Shown here: piece by piece, positions 39,951 through 48,699 of the stretch
How positions within the stretch are numbered: position 1 is the stretch's first letter
Layout: every line of letters starts with the position of its first letter
DNA from: Anaerolineae bacterium
GTDB taxonomy: Bacteria > Chloroflexota > Anaerolineae > S140-20
NCBI GenBank assembly: GCA_027021705.1
Contig: JALUTT010000171.1
Location: 1-64,000, forward strand
Length of the DNA stretch: 64,000 nt
Direction: 5' to 3'
Made by a program: the position numbers and the translations under genes
Notes under the pieces: generated by a model
Seen by the model: the letters and a program-made list of their open reading frames with translations, nothing else
What the model was told of the DNA's origin: nothing
Database searches by the model: none

Positions 39951-40086
39951 CGTTCATCTCTCCTCTCGTGTCAAGGGGTGCCTTGGTGAGGCACCACCGG
40001 CCTCCATAAACCATCAAAAGTATACCAGGCCGGTATGACGAACCATTGAAGGGAATATGACGATTTGGTAACAAAGGCTAGGGTTC

Positions 40087-40243
40087 CCGGTGATTACCCA
40101 CAAGGGAGCGAGAGAGTGATCCGTAGCAGGCCGTCCACGAATTTCTCACAAATGCACGAATGAGGCGGTCCTTAATCCGTGTATTCGTGCCCCATTCACG
40201 GACGGCCAGTCTCCCTATCTCCAAAGATACGGGTAATCACCGG
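40087..40243. mobile_element. 157-bp MITE-like non-autonomous element
   Basis: perfect 13-bp TIR CCGGTGATTACCC / GGGTAATCACCGG, flanked by direct repeat TAGGGTTC (40079-40086, 40244-40251). Confidence 0.85.
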
Positions 40244-40431
40244 TAGGGTTCTACTTGTCACTTCGTCGGGAGTAAGGTAGAATTAGGGACCCACGGTGAA
40301 TCGGGAAGGCGACGATAGACGGCTCGTAGCGGGTCGGGGGGATTTGGTGAGAAATGATCGGAGCTGGCCTGAGGCCGAGGAGAGGGCTTCGCCTGAGTTC
40401 GGGGCGAAGCTTGACGGAGAGGAGGAAAAGG

Positions 40432-40770
40432 ATGCCCGTCGCCTATGAGAAGTTGAAAGCCCAACTGGAGAGGGAGCGTGCCCGGCTGCTCTCCGAACTA
40501 GAAGAAGTGAAGACCCTGGCCCCGGAGGTCGTCGGCTACGGCAACCATATGGCCGATGCCGCCTCTGGTGCCTTCGATCAGGCCCGCGATCTGGCGCTCC
40601 GGCAGAACGTGGAGCGTATGCTGCGCAAGGTGGAGAAGGCGCTGAGCCGCTTTGAAGAAGGCACTTATGGGCTCTGCGAGGAGTGCGGCCAGCCCATTGA
40701 TCCCGCCCGCCTCACCGCCTTGCCCTGGGCCACCCTCTGCCTCGACTGCCAGCACCGAAGGGAGCAGTGA
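40432..40770 (+). CDS. TraR/DksA C4-type zinc finger protein
   Basis: HMADAAS, GTYGLCEECG.PI...RL.ALP.ATLCLDC; GGAGGA RBS. Confidence 0.9.
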   Translation: MPVAYEKLKAQLERERARLLSELEEVKTLAPEVVGYGNHMADAASGAFDQARDLALRQNVERMLRKVEKALSRFEEGTYGLCEECGQPIDPARLTALPWATLCLDCQHRREQ

Positions 40771-40774
40771 TCCG

Positions 40775-41377
40775 TTGAAGCGCTGGACCTGGCGGCACGC
40801 CATCTTACCTATCACGGCGGCCACCGCCCTCGCCCTCGACCAGTCCACCAAGCGGCTGGTGGCCGAGCGGCTGGCCCTCCACGAATCCTGGAACCCCATC
40901 CCCGCCCTCATGCCCTTCGTGCGCATCACCCACGTGACCAACACGGGGGCCGCCTTCGGACTGCTCCCCAACCAGGGCAACCTCTTCATTCTCATCGCCA
41001 TTGTCGTGGTAGCGGCCATCGTGTTCTATCACCGCCGGCTCCCCGACGGCTACCTCCTGGTGCGCTTGGCCCTGGGCCTCCAGTTGGGGGGAGCGCTGGG
41101 CAACCTGCTGGACCGCCTCCGCCTGGGGTACGTGGTGGACTTCATTGACTTCCGCGTCTGGCCGGTCTTCAACCTGGCCGACAGCAGCATCGTCCTCGGC
41201 GTGGTCCTGCTGGCCTACACGATGCTCCGGGAGGAGGAGGTGCAGGCCAAGGAGGACGAGGCGGCGGAGGCTCCTCCCCGCTCCCCGGACAGCGGCACCC
41301 CCCTCTCCCCCCTCGCCCTCTCCGAAGGTCCACCGGCAGGGGACGATGGCCGACGACGTGATACGGTTGCAGGTTGA
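40775..41377 (+). CDS. lspA: lipoprotein signal peptidase II (start uncertain)
   Basis: DQSTK, NTGAAFG, GALGNLLDR, VVDFI, VFNLAD. Confidence 0.93.
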   Translation: MKRWTWRHAILPITAATALALDQSTKRLVAERLALHESWNPIPALMPFVRITHVTNTGAAFGLLPNQGNLFILIAIVVVAAIVFYHRRLPDGYLLVRLALGLQLGGALGNLLDRLRLGYVVDFIDFRVWPVFNLADSSIVLGVVLLAYTMLREEEVQAKEDEAAEAPPRSPDSGTPLSPLALSEGPPAGDDGRRRDTVAG

Positions 41378-42254
41378 GGCGGAGGGGGAGCGCCTGGACC
41401 GCTATCTGGTTCAGGCGTTGCCCGATCTCTCCCGCTCGGCCATCCAGCGGCTGATCCGGGCGGGCGCGGTCACGGTGGGCGGCCGGCCGACAAAGCCCAG
41501 CTACCGCGTGGAGGTGGGCGACCTCATCACCGTTCACCTCCCCCAGGAGCCCCCGGAGCAGGTGGAGCCGGAGCCCATCCCCCTGACCATCCTCTACGAG
41601 GACGAGGACCTGCTGGTGGTGGACAAGCCGGCGGGGATGGTCGTCCACCCGGCCCACGGCCACACCAGCGGCACGCTGGTCAACGCCCTCCTGGCCTACG
41701 ATCCGGCCCTGGCGGCCGTGGGGGGGCGGTGGCGGGCCGGCATCGTCCATCGGTTGGACAAGGATACCTCCGGCCTGCTGGTCATCGCCCGCAGCGAGCC
41801 GGTGCGCATCGCCCTGCAGGCTCAGTTCCAGCAGCGGGAAGTGGAGAAGGTTTACCTGGCCCTGGTGGAGGGCGACATCCAGCCGCCGGTCGGCCTCATC
41901 GAGGCCCCGGTGGGGCGGGACCGCCGACGGCGCAAGCAGATGGCCGTCGTCCAGGAGGGGCGCCCCGCCCGCACCGCCTACCGGCTCCTGGAGCGACTGG
42001 GCGGCTACAGCTTGTTGGAGGTGCGCCCGGAGACGGGGCGGACCCACCAGATCCGCGTCCACCTGGCCTGGCTGGGCTACCCGGTGGTGGGCGACACCGT
42101 CTACGGCCGGCGAAGGCAGCGGCTGCTCCGCCACCGCCACTTCCTCCACGCCCACCAACTCGCCTTCCGCCACCCTCGCCGGGACGAGCGGATGCAGTTC
42201 ACCGCCCCGCTGCCAGAAGAGCTGACCCGCCTGCTGGAGCGACTGCGCTCGTAA
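41346..42254 (+). CDS. RluA/RluD-family pseudouridine synthase
   Basis: S4 domain RLDRYL, VVDKPAG, HRLDKDTSG, TGRTHQIRVH. Confidence 0.95.
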   Translation: MADDVIRLQVEAEGERLDRYLVQALPDLSRSAIQRLIRAGAVTVGGRPTKPSYRVEVGDLITVHLPQEPPEQVEPEPIPLTILYEDEDLLVVDKPAGMVVHPAHGHTSGTLVNALLAYDPALAAVGGRWRAGIVHRLDKDTSGLLVIARSEPVRIALQAQFQQREVEKVYLALVEGDIQPPVGLIEAPVGRDRRRRKQMAVVQEGRPARTAYRLLERLGGYSLLEVRPETGRTHQIRVHLAWLGYPVVGDTVYGRRRQRLLRHRHFLHAHQLAFRHPRRDERMQFTAPLPEELTRLLERLRS

Positions 42255-42421
42255 CGCGCCACGCACCACGCAACCCTAGATAAACCCTGACACACCCCCC
42301 TCCGGTATTGTACCCAAACGGCTTTTGTGATAAAATGGCAAGAGGATGGGACCTGTGAATCCCCATCACGGAGTACAAATCCCCTAAACGCTTCGCCAGA
42401 GAGCCTGGAAAGGGAAACCGG

Positions 42422-43750
42422 ATGGCAACGCCGCGACGTCCGATACGACTTTCACCACGTCCTCCCGCCAGTCGAGAGGGAGGTGCATCGTCGGGACACC
42501 TCTTCCGTCCCCGCGTTCCCCGTTCCGTCAAAGAGACCGGACTGGGCCTAGGTTTCCTGGCCGATTTGGTCCTCAAGGTGATGTACTTTGAAGGAGTCGT
42601 CACAGGTGTTGACCTCTCTGAGCGGATCAAGCTCCCCTTCGCCGGCGTCCTGGAGGAGGTGCTGGAATTCCTAAAGCGGGAGAAGCTCTGCGAGGTCAAG
42701 GGGGCTGAGGGCTTCGGCGGGGCGACGTATCAATACGCCATCACATTGAAGGGAAGTGAGCGGGCCCGTGAGATCCTGGAGCGAAGCCAGTACGCCGGCC
42801 CTGCCCCCGTCACCCTAGAAGCCTACACCGAGGCGATCCGGCGGCAACCGCTGGGGCGTATGGTTGTCCACCAGCGGACGATGCGCCAGGCGTTGTCCCA
42901 CCTGGTCATCAGCGAGGAGACCTTCAGCCAGATCGGGCCGGCCGTCAATTCCGGTCGCTCCATCTTCCTCTTCGGCCATCCCGGCAACGGCAAAACGGCC
43001 ATCGCTGAGAGCATCGGACGGATGCTGATGCAGGGGGACATGTACATCCCCTACGCCGTCGAGGTGGATGGTCAGATCATCAAGGTCTTCGACAGCGTGA
43101 ACCACCGTCGGCTGGAAGAAGAGATCCCCAAGGGGATGGACCCCCGCTGGGTGCACATCCGCCGGCCCGTCATCACCGTCGGGGGCGAGCTCACGATGGA
43201 AAGCCTGGACCTGGTCTACAACGAGACCAACAAGTACTACGAAGCCCCCTTCCAGATGAAGGCCAACGGTGGGATGTTCCTGATTGACGACTTCGGTCGC
43301 CAGCAGGTCCGCCCGCGTGACCTGCTCAACCGCTGGATCGTGCCCCTGGAGAAACGGGTGGACTACCTGACCCTCCACACAGGCCGGAAGATCGAGGTCC
43401 CTTTCGACGTGCTGATCGTCTTCTCCACCAACCTGGCCCCCAAGGACCTGGTGGACGAAGCCTTCCTGCGGCGCATCCGCCACAAGATCGAGATCAAAGA
43501 CCCTACCTTCGAGCAGTATCGGGAGATCTTCAAGCGGGTCTGCCAAGACCGTGGCGTGCCCTACGACGACGCCGGGCTGCGCTATCTGCTCAAGACCTAC
43601 TACGTGGACGCCCGGCGCCCCCTGCGGGCCTGCCATCCCCGAGACCTGGTGGACCAGTTGATTGACATCGCCCGCTACTTGAACGTGGAACCCCGGCTGA
43701 GCAAAGAGCTGATTGACCGTGCCGCCCACGCCTACTTTGTGGAACTCTGA
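42422..43750 (+). CDS. AAA-family ATPase
   Basis: GHPGNGKT, KANGG.FLIDDFGRQ, DEAFLRRI. Confidence 0.88.
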   Translation: MATPRRPIRLSPRPPASREGGASSGHLFRPRVPRSVKETGLGLGFLADLVLKVMYFEGVVTGVDLSERIKLPFAGVLEEVLEFLKREKLCEVKGAEGFGGATYQYAITLKGSERAREILERSQYAGPAPVTLEAYTEAIRRQPLGRMVVHQRTMRQALSHLVISEETFSQIGPAVNSGRSIFLFGHPGNGKTAIAESIGRMLMQGDMYIPYAVEVDGQIIKVFDSVNHRRLEEEIPKGMDPRWVHIRRPVITVGGELTMESLDLVYNETNKYYEAPFQMKANGGMFLIDDFGRQQVRPRDLLNRWIVPLEKRVDYLTLHTGRKIEVPFDVLIVFSTNLAPKDLVDEAFLRRIRHKIEIKDPTFEQYREIFKRVCQDRGVPYDDAGLRYLLKTYYVDARRPLRACHPRDLVDQLIDIARYLNVEPRLSKELIDRAAHAYFVEL

Positions 43751-44492
43751 GCGCCCGTTGATCTTGGCCCACCGAGGGGCCAGCGCCTACGCCCCCGAGA
43801 ACACCCTGGCCGCCTTCCAACGGGCCGCCGAGATGGGCGCCGATGGGGTGGAGCTGGATGTCCGGCTCTCGGCTGACGGCGTGCCCGTCGTCATCCACGA
43901 CGCCACCGTGGGGCGGACCACCGATGGCTACGGAACGGTATCGCAGCTCACGCTGACCCAGCTCCGGACCCTGGACGCGGGAAGCTGGTTCAGCCCCGAC
44001 TTCGCCGGCCAGCGCATCCCGACCCTCCCGGAGGTCTTCGAGGCCCTGGGGGGCCGGCTCCTCTTCAACGTGGAACTGAAAAGCACCTCCCGGCGGGATT
44101 GCGGCCTGGAGGCTGCTGTGCTGGCCGTCATCGAAGCCCAGGGGATGATGGACCGGGTGCTCATCTCCTCTTTCGACCCCTTCGCCCTGCGCCGGATGAA
44201 ACGGCTGGCCCCCCAACTCCCCGTAGCCCTCCTCTACGCGCCCGATTTGCCCCTCTACCTGCGCCGGGCCTGGCTGGCCCCCCTCCTGCCCCACGAGGTC
44301 CGCAACCCCCAGCACACGATGGTCACGCCGAAAGCGATGGCCTGGTTCCGCCGGCACCACTACCGGGTCGTGACCTGGACGGTGGACGACCCGGAGGAGA
44401 TGCAGCGCCTGGCCCGGCTGGGCGTGGATGGGATCATCACCAACCGACCTGACGTGGCCCGTCGGGTCCTGGTCCGGCCCCCAGCGACCTGA
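43713..44492 (+). CDS. glycerophosphodiester phosphodiesterase (start uncertain)
   Basis: AHRGAS..APENT, ELDV, HD, WTVD, GIITN. Confidence 0.92.
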   Translation: MTVPPTPTLWNSERPLILAHRGASAYAPENTLAAFQRAAEMGADGVELDVRLSADGVPVVIHDATVGRTTDGYGTVSQLTLTQLRTLDAGSWFSPDFAGQRIPTLPEVFEALGGRLLFNVELKSTSRRDCGLEAAVLAVIEAQGMMDRVLISSFDPFALRRMKRLAPQLPVALLYAPDLPLYLRRAWLAPLLPHEVRNPQHTMVTPKAMAWFRRHHYRVVTWTVDDPEEMQRLARLGVDGIITNRPDVARRVLVRPPAT

Positions 44493-44510
44493 TAGATATG
44501 GAGGTGCACC

Positions 44511-45431
44511 GTGCCCCGCTTCCTCATCATCAACGGCGACGACTTTGGTCGGACCCCTGGCGTCAGTCGAGGCATCCTGGACGCCCATCGGCGGGGTATC
44601 GTGACCAGCACCACGGCGCTGATGAACATGCCCGCCGTCGAGGAGGCGTTGCTCTGGGCCGGCAACTGCCCCGACCTGGGGGTGGGCGTCCACCTGGTCT
44701 TCACCTCGGGCCGCCCCCTGCTCCCCCCGGAGCAGATCCCCACCCTGGTGGACCGGGAGGGGCGCTTCCACGATCAGCGCACCGCCCTGGCCCGGGCCGA
44801 TCAGGTGGACCCCGATCAACTGCGGGCCGAGTTCGCCGCTCAGATCGAGCGCTTCATCGCCCTGACCGGTCACCTGCCCGACCACCTGGACTGCCACCAC
44901 TTCACCCACCTGCACCCCCGCTACTTCGCCGTCTACCTGGCCGTGGCCGCCGACTACGGCCTCCCCGTGCGCAACCCCCTGCCCTCGGACGACGACCTGG
45001 CCGCCTTCGCCGCGCGGGGGATCCTGCCGGGCTCCCTTTCCCTAGAAGCGGCCCAGGCCCTGGTGGCGCAGGACCGGGAGCTCTTGGCCAAGAGCGGGGT
45101 GCGCCACCAGGACCACTTCATCGGAGCCTTCTTCGGCGACGATGCCCTCAGCGTGGAGTTCTTGGTGGAGCTGCTGGCCGGCCTGCCTGAGGGGACGAGC
45201 GAGTTGATGACCCATCCCGGTTACGCCGACGACCGTCTCCGGGCCGAAAGCGGCTATGCCGACCAGCGGGACCGGGAGGTGGCCATCCTCACCGACCCCC
45301 GCGTCCGCCGGCAGATCGAGGCGCTGAGCATCTGCCTGATCACCTATGGCGCTCTGGACGAGGTGGGCCGGGGCGAGCCAGAGCGACGAGGTCACACCGG
45401 CCCAAACAAACCACCCGACCAAGCGGCCTAG
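44511..45431 (+). CDS. ChbG/YdjC-family carbohydrate deacetylase
   Basis: INGDDFG, GVHL, HLDCHH, ELMTHPG. Confidence 0.9.
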   Translation: MPRFLIINGDDFGRTPGVSRGILDAHRRGIVTSTTALMNMPAVEEALLWAGNCPDLGVGVHLVFTSGRPLLPPEQIPTLVDREGRFHDQRTALARADQVDPDQLRAEFAAQIERFIALTGHLPDHLDCHHFTHLHPRYFAVYLAVAADYGLPVRNPLPSDDDLAAFAARGILPGSLSLEAAQALVAQDRELLAKSGVRHQDHFIGAFFGDDALSVEFLVELLAGLPEGTSELMTHPGYADDRLRAESGYADQRDREVAILTDPRVRRQIEALSICLITYGALDEVGRGEPERRGHTGPNKPPDQAA

Positions 45432-45495
45432 GGGCCTAGCGTCCTGCGCTTCAGCCGTCGGGTGGGTTCCGTACCCACCAAAGTCATCCCTCGAT

Positions 45496-45523
45496 TTGAC
45501 ATCCCCCCGAAGGGCCGTATAAT
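45496..45523 (+). promoter_or_regulatory. consensus sigma-70 promoter of the tex operon
   Basis: TTGACA-N16-TATAAT. Confidence 0.75.
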
Positions 45524-45598
45524 GGACGTTGCGTGACCCGTAAGAGGACGACGGCCTGTCGAGCCGCTCGTTGCGCCGTGATCCCTCAACGCGATCCG

Positions 45599-47785
45599 AT
45601 GACCGATCCCGCCATCATCCAAACCGTTGCCCGAAGCCTAAACCTGCCGGAGCCCTCGGTGGCCGCGGCCGTGGCCCTGCTGGAGGAGGGGAACACCATC
45701 CCCTTCATCGCCCGCTACCGCAAGGAGCGGACGGGCGGGCTGGACGAAGAGCAACTGCGGGCCATCGCCGAGCAGACCGCCTACCAGCAGCGCCTCCGGG
45801 AGCGCAAGGCGGCGGTCCTCAAGCGCATCGCCGAGCAGGGGAAGCTGACGCCGGCGCTCCGGGCGGCCATCGAGGCGGCCACGACGATGCAGGCGGTGGA
45901 GGACCTCTACCGCCCCTACCGGCCCAAGCGGCGCACCCGGGCCACCATCGCCCGCCGGCGAGGGCTGGAGCCCCTGGCCGCCCTCATCCTGGAGCAGACG
46001 GTGCGGGGCGACCGGGAGGCGATCGCCCGCCCCTACCTGAGCGAGGAGGTTCCCACCGTCGAGGAGGCCTACGCCGGGGCCCGGGACATCGTCGCCGAGC
46101 AGATCGCCGAGGACGCCGAGGTCCGGGCCGAGGCCCGGCGGCTGGTCCAACGCCACGCCACCCTGGGGGCCGAGCTGACCGACGCCGGGAAGGACCCCCG
46201 GGGTGTCTACCGCCTCTACTACGACTTCGCCGCCCCCCTGCGCTCCCTCCGCCCCCACCAGGTGCTGGCCCTCAACCGGGGGGAGCGGGAGGGGGCGCTG
46301 CGCCTGCGGATGGACCTGCCCGGGGAGGCGATCCGGGAGGCGATCCTGCGCCGCTATCCCCCCCACCGGCGCTGCCCCCTGGCCGCCGACCTGCTGGAGG
46401 CGGTGGACGACGGCTACCGGCGGCTGCTGGCCCCCGCCCTCGTCCGGGAGGCCCGCCGGGAGCTGACCCGCCGGGCCGAGGAGCACGCCATCGCCGTCTT
46501 CGCCCGCAACCTGCGCCACCTGCTCCTCCAGCCGCCCCTGCGGGGCCGGCGGGTGCTGGGCATTGACCCCGGCTACCGGACCGGCTGCAAGGTGGCCGTC
46601 GTGGACCCGACGGGGCGGCTCCTCGCCACCGCCACCATCTACCCCCACCCGCCCCAGGCGCGGCGGGAGGAGGCGATGGCCGTCCTGCACCACCTCATCA
46701 CCACCCACGCCGTGGAGGTGATCGCCATCGGCAACGGCACCGCCTCCCGCGAGACGGAGCACCTGGTGGCCGAGGTGATCGCAGCCCTCCCCCCGGAGGC
46801 CGACGTCCACTACGCCATCGTGGACGAGGCCGGCGCCTCCGTCTACTCGGCCTCGCCCCTGGCCCGCCAAGAGCTGCCCGACCTGGACGTGGCGATGCGG
46901 GGGGCCGTTTCCATCGCCCGGCGGCTCCAGGACCCCCTGGCCGAGTTGGTGAAGATTGACCCCAAGTCCATCGGCGTCGGCCTCTACCAGCACGACGTGG
47001 ACCAGAAGCGGCTGGCGGAGGCGCTGGACGCCGTCGTCGAGTCGGTGGTGAACCGGGTCGGGGTGGACGTCAACACCGCCTCGCCGGCCCTGCTCCGCTA
47101 CGTGGCCGGCATCGGCCCCAAGCTGGCCCAGGCCATCGTCGCCTACCGGGATGCCCACGGCCCCTTCCCCTCGCGGGCGGCCCTGCTGAAGGTGCCCGGC
47201 CTGGGGCCGAAGAGCTTCCAGCAGGCGGCCGGCTTCCTCCGGGTGCCCGGGGGCGAGAACCCCCTGGACAACACCGGCGTGCACCCCGAATCCTACCCCG
47301 TCGTCGAGCGGCTGCTGGAGGCGATGCGGGACACCGGACGCAAGTGGAACCAAGCCCTGAACTGGGAGACGCTCCCCCGCCTCCTCCCCCGCTTCGTCGC
47401 CCGCTTCGACGACCTGAGCGAACTGGCCGACTGGCTGGAGGTCGGCCTGCCCACGCTGGAGGACATCATCGCCGAGCTGACCCGCCCCGGCCGGGACCCC
47501 CGCGACGAGCTCCCGCCCCCCATCCTGCGCCAGGACGTGCTCACGATGGAGGACCTGCGGCCGGGGATGCGGCTGCGGGGCACCGTGCGCAACGTGGTGG
47601 ACTTCGGGGCCTTCGTGGACATCGGCATCAAGCAGGATGGGCTCATCCACGTCAGCCAGATGGGGGACCGCTATGTGCGGAACCCCCACGACCTCCTCGC
47701 CGTGGGCGACATCGTAGATGTAACCGTCCTCTCGGTGGACGTGGAGCGGGGGCGCATCGGCCTGCGGCTGGAGGGCAGGGCCTGA
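45599..47785 (+). CDS. tex: Tex-family RNA-binding transcriptional accessory protein
   Basis: TIPFIARYRKE, GIDPGYRTGCK, EAGASVYSAS, IGVGLYQHD, C-terminal S1 domain. Confidence 0.95.
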   Translation: MTDPAIIQTVARSLNLPEPSVAAAVALLEEGNTIPFIARYRKERTGGLDEEQLRAIAEQTAYQQRLRERKAAVLKRIAEQGKLTPALRAAIEAATTMQAVEDLYRPYRPKRRTRATIARRRGLEPLAALILEQTVRGDREAIARPYLSEEVPTVEEAYAGARDIVAEQIAEDAEVRAEARRLVQRHATLGAELTDAGKDPRGVYRLYYDFAAPLRSLRPHQVLALNRGEREGALRLRMDLPGEAIREAILRRYPPHRRCPLAADLLEAVDDGYRRLLAPALVREARRELTRRAEEHAIAVFARNLRHLLLQPPLRGRRVLGIDPGYRTGCKVAVVDPTGRLLATATIYPHPPQARREEAMAVLHHLITTHAVEVIAIGNGTASRETEHLVAEVIAALPPEADVHYAIVDEAGASVYSASPLARQELPDLDVAMRGAVSIARRLQDPLAELVKIDPKSIGVGLYQHDVDQKRLAEALDAVVESVVNRVGVDVNTASPALLRYVAGIGPKLAQAIVAYRDAHGPFPSRAALLKVPGLGPKSFQQAAGFLRVPGGENPLDNTGVHPESYPVVERLLEAMRDTGRKWNQALNWETLPRLLPRFVARFDDLSELADWLEVGLPTLEDIIAELTRPGRDPRDELPPPILRQDVLTMEDLRPGMRLRGTVRNVVDFGAFVDIGIKQDGLIHVSQMGDRYVRNPHDLLAVGDIVDVTVLSVDVERGRIGLRLEGRA

Positions 47786-47786
47786 G

Positions 47787-48635
47787 ATGCAGATCGCCAT
47801 CAGCACCCACAGCCTCTCGACGGACACCCGGGCCGCCGTCGCCCAAGCGGCCGCCCTGGGCTTCACGGCCCTGGAGGTCCACATCCAGCAGGCCGAGCTG
47901 GGCTACGGCTTCCGGCGGCAGGCCAACCTGGCCTTCTACGAGACGCTGGCCCAGGAGATCGCCCTGCGCCGGCTCACCGTCGTCGCCCTGCACGCCCCCC
48001 GCCTGACCGGTCACCAAGCCTTCTCCCAGCGGGCCCGCCGGGAGGTCCTGGCCCTGAGCGGCCGGGTCGCCGGCCTGCTGGGCGCTCCCCTCCTGGTCGT
48101 CCACCCGCCCCACCTCTTCCTCAGCGAGGAGGCGCTGGCGGACTACCTGGCCGGTTCGCTGGCCGAGCCCCCCTTGGTGGAAGGGGTGGAGGGCGTCGGC
48201 GCCGAGATGGCCGACCGGGAGGTGGGGCTGGCCCTGGAGAACGTCGCGCCCTGGCACGACCTCCCCCTGACCAACGAGGCCACGGCGATGGCCCGCCTGG
48301 TCGAGGCCCTGGGCTGCCGGGTCGCCCTCGACGTCCGGCAGGCGCTGGAGGCCCCAGGGCCGGAGGGTGAGACCGGCCTGGCCTCGTGGGTGGAGCAGGT
48401 GGGCCCCCAGGTCGCCCTCCTGCGCCTCTACGACCGGGCCGAGGCGGCGGGGGAAGCCGGCCCCGGCCCGACGGAACGACGTCTCCCCCCCTTGGAGCCG
48501 GCCTGGCGCGAACGGCTCCCCCTGTTGCGCCGGACGGCGGCCCGGGCCTGCGTGCTGGAGGCGACGGCGGACCCTCGCATCCACGGCAGCCTGCGGGCCA
48601 GCCGCACCTTCTGGGAAACGCTGTGGGCCGCCTGA
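47787..48635 (+). CDS. sugar phosphate isomerase/epimerase-like TIM-barrel protein
   Basis: GFTALEV, LHAP, VVHP, LALEN pattern. Confidence 0.7.
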   Translation: MQIAISTHSLSTDTRAAVAQAAALGFTALEVHIQQAELGYGFRRQANLAFYETLAQEIALRRLTVVALHAPRLTGHQAFSQRARREVLALSGRVAGLLGAPLLVVHPPHLFLSEEALADYLAGSLAEPPLVEGVEGVGAEMADREVGLALENVAPWHDLPLTNEATAMARLVEALGCRVALDVRQALEAPGPEGETGLASWVEQVGPQVALLRLYDRAEAAGEAGPGPTERRLPPLEPAWRERLPLLRRTAARACVLEATADPRIHGSLRASRTFWETLWAA

Positions 48636-48699
48636 TGCTGCCGCCCACCCTGGCGCGATGCCCCGGTGGGGTGGAGCGCGCCGGCTCTGGGGAACGCCG

